From assembly GCF_965232525.1 (NCBI RefSeq), contig NZ_OZ246980.1:3872543-3936542 (forward strand): 64,000 nt of DNA, given 5' to 3'. The translations under genes were made by a program, and so were the position numbers. The DNA comes from Bauldia sp. GTDB lineage: Bacteria > Pseudomonadota > Alphaproteobacteria > Rhizobiales > Kaistiaceae. This document shows, in pieces, positions 21,019 through 29,651 of the stretch. Numbering within the stretch: position 1 is the stretch's first letter; each line of letters starts with the position of its first letter. A model generated the notes under the pieces. The model was not told the origin of the DNA. It did not search any database and was given only the letters and a program-made list of their open reading frames with translations.

Positions 21019-21546
21019 CTACGCCCCCGGCCGCGTGCGCTTCAGCAGCATCAGCACGGCGATGCCGGCGACGAACACCACGGCGGTTTCGCCCAGCGTA
21101 TCGAGACCGCGATAGCTGCCGAGCACGGCCGACACCACGTTGTAGATCCCGGTCTCGGGCAGCGACCGGTCCATGTAGTCGGGACCGGCGAGCTGCACCG
21201 GCGTGTCCGCCGCGCCGAAGGGCGGCGTTCCGGTCACGCCCCAGATCAACACGCCCGCGGTGGTGACAGCCAGAATGAGCGGCAGGATCGGCGAGTGCCG
21301 CGGTTTCGCCTCCTCGGTCTTGGTCAGATAGAGCGTTCCGAGCAACAGCACCGTGCCGATACCGGCGCCGACCGAGGCTTCGGTGAGCGCAACGTCGACC
21401 GCGTCGAGTACCAGCATCACGCTGGCAATCAGGAAGCTGTAGATGGTCGATAGCACCACGACGGCGAACAGATTGCGGACCCGGACGATGCCGATCATCG
21501 TCACTGCCAGCAGCGTCAGCAGCACGAAGTTGATCAGGGCTTCGAT
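21019..21546 (-). CDS. DUF4040/MnhB-related subunit (homologous to the MrpA C-terminal region)
   Basis: A.DVALTEASVGAG..T, N.VSAVL.SYRGLDTLGE..V; start codon ambiguous (ATC 21546, CTG 21537 or an internal GTG). Confidence 0.8.
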   Translation of the reverse strand: MEALINFVLLTLLAVTMIGIVRVRNLFAVVVLSTIYSFLIASVMLVLDAVDVALTEASVGAGIGTVLLLGTLYLTKTEEAKPRHSPILPLILAVTTAGVLIWGVTGTPPFGAADTPVQLAGPDYMDRSLPETGIYNVVSAVLGSYRGLDTLGETAVVFVAGIAVLMLLKRTRPGA

Positions 21547-21899
21547 GACGTCGCCTCCTCGACCGGCGGATCGACGTCCTCGATCTCCCGCCCGGTCTTG
21601 TCGCGGGGCTTGAAGCCGGCGTGCAGCGCCGCGCGAGCGACGGCATGGGTCGCGGTCGGGCTGGTCAGTGCGATGAATAGAACAAGAAAGATCAGCTTGA
21701 CGCTGACCAGCGACCAGCCGGAGAAGAATACCAGCCCGATCAGCACCAGCGAGACGCCGAGCGTGTCGGTCACCGATGCCGCATGCATCCGGGTGAAGAT
21801 GTCCGGCATGCGGACGATGCCGAGCGCGCCGATCGCCATCAGCAGGGCGCCGGCCAGTGTCACGATGCCGCCGATCAAGGTGACGATGTCGCCGGTCAT
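21534..21899 (-). CDS. mrpG: Mrp antiporter subunit G
   Basis: ATG 21899 (ATGA overlap); G.VRMPD.FTRMHAAS..DTLG, TSPTATHA.ARAA. Confidence 0.9.
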   Translation of the reverse strand: MTGDIVTLIGGIVTLAGALLMAIGALGIVRMPDIFTRMHAASVTDTLGVSLVLIGLVFFSGWSLVSVKLIFLVLFIALTSPTATHAVARAALHAGFKPRDKTGREIEDVDPPVEEATSSKP

Positions 21900-22183
21900 A
21901 GCGACCCTTCCTCCTCGTCCTCGCCGCCGTAGCCGAGCGGGCCGTAGCGGAAATATTTGAGGACGGCGAACACACCGATGACGTTGAGCAGCGCGTAGGT
22001 GATGGCGATGTCGAGGAAGTCGGGCCGGCCGGTGATGAAGCCGAACAGCGCGAGAATCACGATCGCAGCATTGCCGACCGAGTTCATGGCGACCAGCCGG
22101 TCGAATACGGACGGCCCCTTCAGCGCCCGCACCAGTATCAGCGCCAGCGCCACCAGCGCCGCGATCATCGCTGCCGCCAGCAT
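21896..22183 (-). CDS. mrpF: Mrp antiporter subunit F
   Basis: ATG 22183 (TAATG overlap); R.L.GPS.FDRLVA.N, DIA..YALLN..G. Confidence 0.9.
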   Translation of the reverse strand: MLAAAMIAALVALALILVRALKGPSVFDRLVAMNSVGNAAIVILALFGFITGRPDFLDIAITYALLNVIGVFAVLKYFRYGPLGYGGEDEEEGSL

Positions 22184-22665
22184 TACCGGCTCCCTTCGAA
22201 CGCGGTGACCCGGCGATCCATTTCGCCGCCTTCGACCTCGGCCGCGCTGGCTTCGGTGAGCGCATGGACGACGAACTTCGGCGCGTTGCGATCGACCTTG
22301 GCACTGATCGTCGCCGGCGTCAGTGTGATCGAGTTGGCGTAAGTGGCCATGCCGACGGCGGTTTTCTGGGTTGGCCGGATGCCGATCAGCTTCGGCGAGA
22401 CCGGCAGTGACGGCGTCAGGATGATGCGCGCAACATTGAGGGTCGACTTGACAATCTGGACGGCGAGCCACGGCCAATAGAGTAGGCCCGGCAGGACCAG
22501 CTCGGCCGGGTGGCCCTCCTCGTCGGCGTAGCCGAACGAGCGGCCGAACAGCGCGATGACCACCGCGATGATGAACCCGAGCGAAATGAACCAGGCGGTG
22601 TAAAGCCCGGATAGCAAAAGCCAGAAAATGAACAGCGATACCGCCAGGCTGATGGTGCGGAGCAC
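22183..22665 (-). CDS. mrpE: Mrp antiporter subunit E
   Basis: FWLLLSG, ANSITLTP.T, VHAL. Confidence 0.9.
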   Translation of the reverse strand: MLRTISLAVSLFIFWLLLSGLYTAWFISLGFIIAVVIALFGRSFGYADEEGHPAELVLPGLLYWPWLAVQIVKSTLNVARIILTPSLPVSPKLIGIRPTQKTAVGMATYANSITLTPATISAKVDRNAPKFVVHALTEASAAEVEGGEMDRRVTAFEGSR

Positions 22666-23134
22666 GCGATGGGAACCCCTCTTGTCAACGGGCTCACATT
22701 ACCCAGCCCGCCCCGCCGATCAACAGAAACCGGGCGCGCGCCTTTGCCACGGTTCAAGAGCACGTCCAGGCGGTTGGCGGGGCGATTACTGGCGAAGCGG
22801 AGGCCGGACACCTGACGCATGGCTTCAAACACCGTTTCCGTCGGGTTCCGGCGTTCCTTCAAGAGAAGCGCGACGGCACATAGAGTTACGTCGCCGTATG
22901 AACATCCGTCTTCCACGCTAAGACAAAGTACGATCCAAGTCCCCGGAAAGTTGGGCGCCAGCGCAGGAAGCGTATCCGCTCACGCGTGATCCTTGATATC
23001 TCCGTTTTCATACAGCCTAACCTCGAACATATCGAAAATTTCCCGATCATTCGCCGAGAACCATAGTTGTACTATCTTGCGTATATAATATATAAAAACA
23101 ATTTGAATCAATACACGGGAGGGAAGCCATATCG

Positions 23135-23386
23135 TTGATTGCAAAAAAGAACAAGATCAGTAAACCCTTCATTGACAAGATCAAGAAGGACACTCGAGTC
23201 CTGTCCGACGACTTCGGCCGGATCACCCTGACGCCGGCCGGCGCGGCGGCCGCGGCCAACGACTGGGAGAACGGTGTTGCAGTCGCCGTCGGTCGACTGG
23301 ACGGTGAGGTGAAGGCGTTGGGGGTCGCAGCCGATACCCGCCGCGATGATCAGGGCCGCGGCGGGCGGAACCTCGCGGTGACGTGA
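23135..23386 (+). CDS. Hypothetical 83-aa protein or gene remnant
   Basis: TTG start after GGAGG and an AT-rich stretch containing TATAAT; no recognisable family. Confidence 0.3.
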   Translation: MIAKKNKISKPFIDKIKKDTRVLSDDFGRITLTPAGAAAAANDWENGVAVAVGRLDGEVKALGVAADTRRDDQGRGGRNLAVT

Positions 23387-23483
23387 AGCGGCCGCGCGTT
23401 GTATGGACGGAACGGCGACAGCATATAGGACGGTGCGCCGCTCCCAGGCGCCGCTTCAAGTAACAACAACAATAGGTCCGGCA

Positions 23484-23903
23484 ATGACCGCCTCACCGCC
23501 CAACAAGATTCGCAAGACCGACTCCGAATGGCGCGCCCAGTTGACGCCCGAGCAGTATCGCATCACCCGCCAGGCCGGCACCGAGCGGCCGGGCACCGGC
23601 CCATATCTCAATGAGAAGCGCGACGGCACATACCGATGCGTATCGTGCGGCACGCCCCTGTTCCGTTCCGAGACCAAGTATGAGTCCGGCTCCGGCTGGC
23701 CGAGTTTCACCGCGCCGGTCGACGCGGCAATGGTTGAGGAACTGGCCGATCACTCCCACGGCATGACGCGCACCGAGGTTCGCTGCGCCGCCTGCGAGGC
23801 CCATCTCGGCCACGTCTTCAACGACGGCCCGGGTCCCAACGGCCTGCGCTACTGCATGAACGGCTGCGCCCTGGACATGGACCCCGATGACGACAAGACG
23901 TGA
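23484..23903 (+). CDS. msrB: Peptide methionine-(R)-sulfoxide reductase
   Basis: [47 protein letters not shown]. Confidence 0.97.
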   Translation: MTASPPNKIRKTDSEWRAQLTPEQYRITRQAGTERPGTGPYLNEKRDGTYRCVSCGTPLFRSETKYESGSGWPSFTAPVDAAMVEELADHSHGMTRTEVRCAACEAHLGHVFNDGPGPNGLRYCMNGCALDMDPDDDKT

Positions 23904-23904
23904 T

Positions 23905-26091
23905 GTGACCGCGTCGCCGGCGCTCTCCGCCGGCGGCGCGTTGAAGCCCCCTGTCGCCGAGCGCCGGCCGGTCACCGACACCCGCCACGGCATCAGCCGC
24001 ACCGACGATTACGCCTGGCTCCGGGCCGACAACTGGCAGCAGGTGATGCGCGAGCCGGCAGCGCTACCGGCCGACATCCGCGCGTATCTGGAAGCCGAGA
24101 ACGCCTACACCGACGCGGAGATGGCGGACGAAGAGGCGCTCCGGGAGACGCTCTTCAAGGAGATGCGCGGTCGGATCAAGGAAGACGACTCGTCGGTTCC
24201 GGTGCCGGACGGACCGTATGCCTACGGCGTCCGATATACTGAGGGCGCCGAGCATCCGATGATCGTGCGCACCGACCGCGACGGACGCAACGAGATTGTC
24301 CTGCTCGACGCGAACAAGCTCGCCGAGGGCAAGGCCTACCTCCATCTCGGCGGCTCGGCCCACAGTCCCGACCACACGCTGCTCGCCTACTCGGTCGACG
24401 AAATGGGCTCGGAGTACTACGAGCTCCGCATCCGCGACGTCGCCACCGGTGAAGACCGCGCCGATCGGATTCCCAACACCACCGGCGGCGCCGTCTGGGC
24501 AGCCGACGGTCGCAGTGTCTTCTATATCTGGGTCGACGAAAACCATCGCCCCGCCAAGGTGTTTCGCCACACGGTCGGCACCGACGCCAACGAAGACGTG
24601 CTCGTCCACGAGGAAACCAACCCGGGTTATTTCCTCGGAGTCGGTAAGACCCAGTCGGACGCCTTCGTCGTCATCGACAGCCATGACCACGAAACCTCGC
24701 AGTCGTGGCTGATCCCCGCCGACCGACCGGACGCGCCCCCGCGGCTTGTCGCCGAGCGCCGGGACGCCGAGCGCTACTCCGTCGAGCACAATGGCGACCG
24801 GCTCTACATCCTCACCAACGCCGACGGGGCCGAAGACTTCAAGATCGTCAACGCCCCCGTCGACAGTCCTGACCGTCCCAACTGGACGGACCTCGTGCCC
24901 CATCGGCTCGGCCGGTTGATCCTGTCCGGCACCGCCCACAAGGATTACCTGATCCGGCTCGAGCGCGAGGCCGGCCTGCCGCGAATCGTCATCCGCCATC
25001 TTGCCGACGGCGCCGAGCACGCCATCGCCTTTGACGAGGAGGCCTATTCGCTGGGGACCATGCCCGGCTACGAGTTCGACACCACCACGCTGCGTTTCAG
25101 CTACTCGTCAATGACGACGCCGGGCCGGGTCTACGATTACGACATGGCGAACCGCACCCGGGTCCTGCGCAAGGAAGACGAGATCCCGTCCGGCCACGAT
25201 CCGGCCGACTACGAAACCCGCCGCATCTACGCCGCCGCGTCCGACGGCGCCGAGGTGCCGATCTCGCTGCTCTATCGCCGCGGCACCCCGGTCGACGGCA
25301 CCGCGCCGTGCCTCATCTACGGCTACGGTGCGTACGGCATCGCCATGCCGGCGTCGTTCTCCACCACCCGGTTGTCGCTTGTCGATCGCGGCTTCGTCTA
25401 TGCCATCGCCCATATCCGCGGCGGCAAGGACAAAGGCTTCCACTGGTACGCTGACGGCCGCCGCGAAAAGAAGGTCAACACCTTCACCGACTTCATCGCC
25501 TGCGCCCGCCATCTCGTCGCGGAACGCTACGCCGCCGCCGACAAGGTCGTCGGCTGGGGCGGCTCCGCCGGCGGCCTACTGATCGGCGCGGTCGCCAATA
25601 GCGCCCCCGATGCCTTCGCCGGCCTGATCGCCGAGGTGCCGTTCGTCGACACCCTCAACACCATGCTTGACGACACCCTGCCGCTGACTCCGCCGGAGTG
25701 GCCGGAGTGGGGCAACCCGATCACAAGCGCCGAGGACTACCGCACCATCGCCGCCTATTCGCCCTACGACAATGTCGGCGCCCATCCCTACCCCGCCATT
25801 CTCGCCTTGGCCGGGCTCACCGACCCGCGGGTGACCTATTGGGAACCGGCCAAGTGGGTGGCGAAGCTCCGCGCCACCCAGACCGGCGATCACCTGCTGC
25901 TGCTCAAGACCAACATGGACGCCGGCCACGGCGGCGCCGCCGGCCGCTTCGACCGGCTCAAGGAAACCGCCTTCGCCACCGCGTTCGCGCTGAAGGTGGT
26001 CGGCGTGGCCGACGCCCCGTCAAAGGTGCGATCTCGGCACAAAGTCGGCAGCCGTCCCGGCGTCACATGGAACCCGCTCATTCCCGAGTAG
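23905..26091 (+). CDS. ptrB: Oligopeptidase B (S9A)
   Basis: D.YAWLR, GYGAYG, HIRGG, GGSAGG (catalytic Ser), DPRV.YWEPAKW, GHGG; probable GTG start just after the msrB stop. Confidence 0.93.
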   Translation: MTASPALSAGGALKPPVAERRPVTDTRHGISRTDDYAWLRADNWQQVMREPAALPADIRAYLEAENAYTDAEMADEEALRETLFKEMRGRIKEDDSSVPVPDGPYAYGVRYTEGAEHPMIVRTDRDGRNEIVLLDANKLAEGKAYLHLGGSAHSPDHTLLAYSVDEMGSEYYELRIRDVATGEDRADRIPNTTGGAVWAADGRSVFYIWVDENHRPAKVFRHTVGTDANEDVLVHEETNPGYFLGVGKTQSDAFVVIDSHDHETSQSWLIPADRPDAPPRLVAERRDAERYSVEHNGDRLYILTNADGAEDFKIVNAPVDSPDRPNWTDLVPHRLGRLILSGTAHKDYLIRLEREAGLPRIVIRHLADGAEHAIAFDEEAYSLGTMPGYEFDTTTLRFSYSSMTTPGRVYDYDMANRTRVLRKEDEIPSGHDPADYETRRIYAAASDGAEVPISLLYRRGTPVDGTAPCLIYGYGAYGIAMPASFSTTRLSLVDRGFVYAIAHIRGGKDKGFHWYADGRREKKVNTFTDFIACARHLVAERYAAADKVVGWGGSAGGLLIGAVANSAPDAFAGLIAEVPFVDTLNTMLDDTLPLTPPEWPEWGNPITSAEDYRTIAAYSPYDNVGAHPYPAILALAGLTDPRVTYWEPAKWVAKLRATQTGDHLLLLKTNMDAGHGGAAGRFDRLKETAFATAFALKVVGVADAPSKVRSRHKVGSRPGVTWNPLIPE

Positions 26092-26103
26092 TCGGGAATC
26101 CAG
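26076..26103. repeat. REP-like hairpin (TCATTCCC...GGGAATCC family) containing the ptrB stop
   Basis: ATTCCCGA-GTAG-TCGGGAAT; a related half-site GCGGGAATGAGCGG lies at 35176-35189. Confidence 0.55.
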
Positions 26104-26170
26104 CGAAAGAGTCAGGATACCAGTCTTGGCCGGCCCTTCTCGCCGATCGTTGAGGCTCGCCCTTGCCGCC

Positions 26171-26701
26171 TCAGCAGCTCAGCGAAAACGCGAAGGTCTT
26201 CTCCAGCGGGCGGCCGCTGGCGCCATGGCGCTCGACCACGTCTTCGAGCATGAAGCCCTGAGCCGTGCGATAGGCGCCGGTTCCGGCCACGATCGCCCGT
26301 TCGCCACTGGTGACCGAGACCGATTGGGTGTTTTCCACCGCCGAGGCCGGCTCGTAAACGGCTTCGGTCATGATCATGCCGTCCGGCAGAAGGAAGTACC
26401 CGCGATAAAGTGCGGCGCCCGTCGATCCTGCCGGCGGGGCGGGATCGATCGAGGTGATGTACCAGCGATAGAGCCCAGCGGGTTCGCCTTCTTCGTCGAT
26501 CAACGACCGGACCCCAACACGTACATCGCCGAGGCTGACCCCCGCGTCTCCGCCGTCATGGAAGGCGACCACGCGGTTCTCGCCGGTGCTCATGAGTGTG
26601 AACTTCCCGCAGCCGTCGCCTTCGGCCGCCCCGGCCAGGCTCGACCCAACCAGGACCGCGACCGCCGCGAAAACTGAACGACGAACCATCATTCTCGTCA
26701 T
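26171..26701 (-). CDS. Exported protein with allene-oxide-cyclase/dirigent-like barrel
   Basis: Signal peptide; D.G..G.SLGD...G...L.DE.G...G and AIVAGTGAY..A.G resemble AOC-like/dirigent barrels. Confidence 0.55.
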   Translation of the reverse strand: MTRMMVRRSVFAAVAVLVGSSLAGAAEGDGCGKFTLMSTGENRVVAFHDGGDAGVSLGDVRVGVRSLIDEEGEPAGLYRWYITSIDPAPPAGSTGAALYRGYFLLPDGMIMTEAVYEPASAVENTQSVSVTSGERAIVAGTGAYRTAQGFMLEDVVERHGASGRPLEKTFAFSLSC

Positions 26702-26803
26702 GGCGCTTGCCCTGTCCCGCTTTTTCGATGTGCGACGATGCTGCACACGAGGGCGGTGGTCAAGCACCGCGATGGAGCCCTGCTCCGTTCCGTCGCCGCC
26801 GCC

Positions 26804-29536
26804 TCACAGCACCAACTCGTCGATGACCGCGAAGTCCTTGTATTTGAGGACCGCTTCGAGCTTGGCGAACATCACCATATCGTCGCCGCCCTTGCCGTCG
26901 ACGTCGTAGTAGAGCTTGTTCTTGTTCTCGCCGAGCTTGAGGATCAGGTGGTCGTTGTCGTCCTTGGCCTTGTTGCCGACAACGAACTCGCCCTTGCCGA
27001 CCTTGTTGCCAACCGCGTCGAAGATGTCATCGAGGAGGACGATGGTGTCGCCCTGCTTGCGACTGAAGTCCTTGATGCCGTCGACATTGGTGCGCGCGTC
27101 GAGTTCGGCGGTGAACACGAACTGGTCGGCCTTCTTGCCGCCCTTGAGCCGATCGTCGCCGCCCTCGCCGATGAGGATGTCCTTGCCCTTGCCGCCGAAC
27201 AGTTCATCGCGGGCGCCGACGCCGATCAGGATATCCTTGCCATCCTTGCCTTTGACCACCGCACCGTCGACCGCACTGGTCAGCACGTCCTTGCCGTCGG
27301 TTCCCTTGATCACGGTCCCGTCGCGGAAGTCGTAGATCGCGCCGAACAGGCCGTCAGTGCCGGAGCGATCGGCGGCCCCCGTGAAGACGCGGCCATCCTC
27401 AAGCGTCGCGATGATTGGGTCGCCGGGCAGGCCGAAGGCGTTGGCGACGAAGATCCCGCCGACCGCATTGCCATCGGCATCGTAGCGCTGGCCCTCGGCG
27501 GTTTCGGCGATATCGTTGTCCCACAGCACAACAAAACCGCCATCCGGCAGCGCCGTCACCGCCGCCTCGTTGTCCTCGCCGATGAAGTTGCCATCGACAC
27601 TGGTCGGGCCCTGAACAACATCGCCTGCGGCGTCATAGACGGCGAAGAGCACGTCACCGTTCCCGTCGGCATAGCGCTCGTTGAAGGCGACAACGAAACC
27701 GCCGCCGGCAAGTGCGGCGATAGCGGCGCCGGACTGATCGAGCGCGTCGTCAGTCACCTGGATCGGCGCACTGACGATACCGGCAGCCGAGACCGTGTGA
27801 ACGACGATGTCGTCGTCTGAGGTCACGGCGACAGCGAAAGAGCCGTCGACCAACGCCGCCGCCGAAGGACCATGAGCGTCGGCGTTGACGATGATCTCGT
27901 CGCCGATGCTGCCGTCCGTCGCGACGATCTTGGCCTTCACCGCGTCACCGGCGGACTCCCTGTAGGTCACCAGAAACCGCCCATCGGTCGCGCCGACGAT
28001 GGCCGGTGTGTCGGCATCCTCGGCGACGACGGTGGGAAGCCCACCGATCTCGTTGCCATCGATATCGAACGTCGCGATCCGAACGAACTGATCGGCACCG
28101 TCAAAGGTCTCGTAGACGGCTACGAACCCGCCGCCGACCCGACCCGCGACCGCCACGTCCGTGGCGCCGCCGTCGACCGTCGGCACGTTGATTTGAAACG
28201 CATCGCCGACCGGGTTGCCGCGTGCATCGAAAATCTGCCCGGCGACGTCGTTGCCGTCCCGGTCAAACAGCGGGTCGGTGGCATCCCCGTCATCGGTCCA
28301 GGCGACGAGAAACCGGCCGTGGCCGATCGCCGCGACAGCGGGAACGTCCTGGTCCGCGCCGTCAGTCTTGGGGAGTTGGAATTCCGGTTTCCAGATTGCC
28401 GAGGGGTCCAGCGGTTCACCGGGTGCGACCCCGCTCCCCGCGACGCCATCGATGTCGAAGACGGTGCCGAACATACCGTCGCTTCCGCCAACCGCTTCGT
28501 AGACGACGAACAAGTTTCCGTCGGTGGAGACCGCCGCCGTCATGTCCGAAACCGGCTCGGTGTCGCCGGCAACGAACTGATCGCCGACCGGGTCCCCGGT
28601 CGGGTCAAAGCGTTGGCCGTAGGCGGTTTCCTCGGTGGCGTTGTTCCAAAACGCGATGAAGTCGCCGTTGGCAAGCGGAACCAGGGTTGAGTCTTCGGTA
28701 TTGTCGCCGACATCCGGCGTGATCGTCTCGAGCACCGTCCCGTTGCTGCCGAAGATGACAATCTTGACAGTGCTCGACGTGACGCCTTCGACCTCGGTGT
28801 AGGTCACAACGAAGCCGCCGGTCGCGAGGCTGATGATCTTAAGGTCTTCGTACTGGTCGTTGCCCTCGTCGACGGTGATCAGTGAGCCCACCGGGGCTTC
28901 GGCGGCAGGATCGTAGCGTTGGAACACCACGTTCGCATTGCCCAGCGCGTCATCGACGGTGGCGGCGACCACGACGGTGTCGTCACCCAGGACGGCAAGC
29001 GATGTTTCAATAACATCGGTAAAGCCGGTGATGACCGGAACCTCGATCGGATCGCCTAGTTCATCAAAATTGAACAGGAACAGGAAGACGTCATTGTCCC
29101 GATCGAAAACCACATTAAGGCCGCCGGTTGCGGTCGGATCGATTTGAGGCGTATTGCCAACAATAATTGGAGAGCTTGAGTCCACCGCATCGTCGAGGAT
29201 CAAAGTGAAAATGATCTGGTCTTCGACCGGTTCCTCATCCTCAAATAACACGGCAACGGCGGAGTTGGGCGAAGCGAGAGCCACCGGATCGACCTGGTCG
29301 CCATCTTCAAAAGTCACGTTAACCTGGAACGGGTCGCCATCGGGCGTTCCGTCGGCGCCGAAGAACTGCCCGACGATGTCCTCGCCGTCGGCGGTGATGA
29401 ACTCGTTATCGCCATTGTCATCCACCCAGACGACGAAAAATCGCCCATCCGGCAATGCGATGACATTCGGGTTATCCTGGTCGGTACCAGCTTGATAGGG
29501 GAGCTGAAATTCGGGGGTAATCACTGTCGGGGTCAT
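26804..29536 (-). CDS. Large acidic RTX/T1SS-type Ca-binding protein with two tandem repeat (propeller-like) modules
   Basis: Two modules beginning EFQLP...G.DQD.P, repeated ..L..G.F.V.W blades, GG.G.D nonapeptides, serralysin-like C-terminus (YYD.DG.G, KDFAV). Confidence 0.85.
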   Translation of the reverse strand: MTPTVITPEFQLPYQAGTDQDNPNVIALPDGRFFVVWVDDNGDNEFITADGEDIVGQFFGADGTPDGDPFQVNVTFEDGDQVDPVALASPNSAVAVLFEDEEPVEDQIIFTLILDDAVDSSSPIIVGNTPQIDPTATGGLNVVFDRDNDVFLFLFNFDELGDPIEVPVITGFTDVIETSLAVLGDDTVVVAATVDDALGNANVVFQRYDPAAEAPVGSLITVDEGNDQYEDLKIISLATGGFVVTYTEVEGVTSSTVKIVIFGSNGTVLETITPDVGDNTEDSTLVPLANGDFIAFWNNATEETAYGQRFDPTGDPVGDQFVAGDTEPVSDMTAAVSTDGNLFVVYEAVGGSDGMFGTVFDIDGVAGSGVAPGEPLDPSAIWKPEFQLPKTDGADQDVPAVAAIGHGRFLVAWTDDGDATDPLFDRDGNDVAGQIFDARGNPVGDAFQINVPTVDGGATDVAVAGRVGGGFVAVYETFDGADQFVRIATFDIDGNEIGGLPTVVAEDADTPAIVGATDGRFLVTYRESAGDAVKAKIVATDGSIGDEIIVNADAHGPSAAALVDGSFAVAVTSDDDIVVHTVSAAGIVSAPIQVTDDALDQSGAAIAALAGGGFVVAFNERYADGNGDVLFAVYDAAGDVVQGPTSVDGNFIGEDNEAAVTALPDGGFVVLWDNDIAETAEGQRYDADGNAVGGIFVANAFGLPGDPIIATLEDGRVFTGAADRSGTDGLFGAIYDFRDGTVIKGTDGKDVLTSAVDGAVVKGKDGKDILIGVGARDELFGGKGKDILIGEGGDDRLKGGKKADQFVFTAELDARTNVDGIKDFSRKQGDTIVLLDDIFDAVGNKVGKGEFVVGNKAKDDNDHLILKLGENKNKLYYDVDGKGGDDMVMFAKLEAVLKYKDFAVIDELVL

Positions 29537-29651
29537 TGGTGCCCATTCCGTTTGGTGTTCGGCGCGCCAATGCTGAGAAGCCGGATCGAACGGGTTGCTG
29601 CTGACGATCGACGGCGGCGCCGGTGCTCAGGGGAGCGGCGACCTGAACTGC

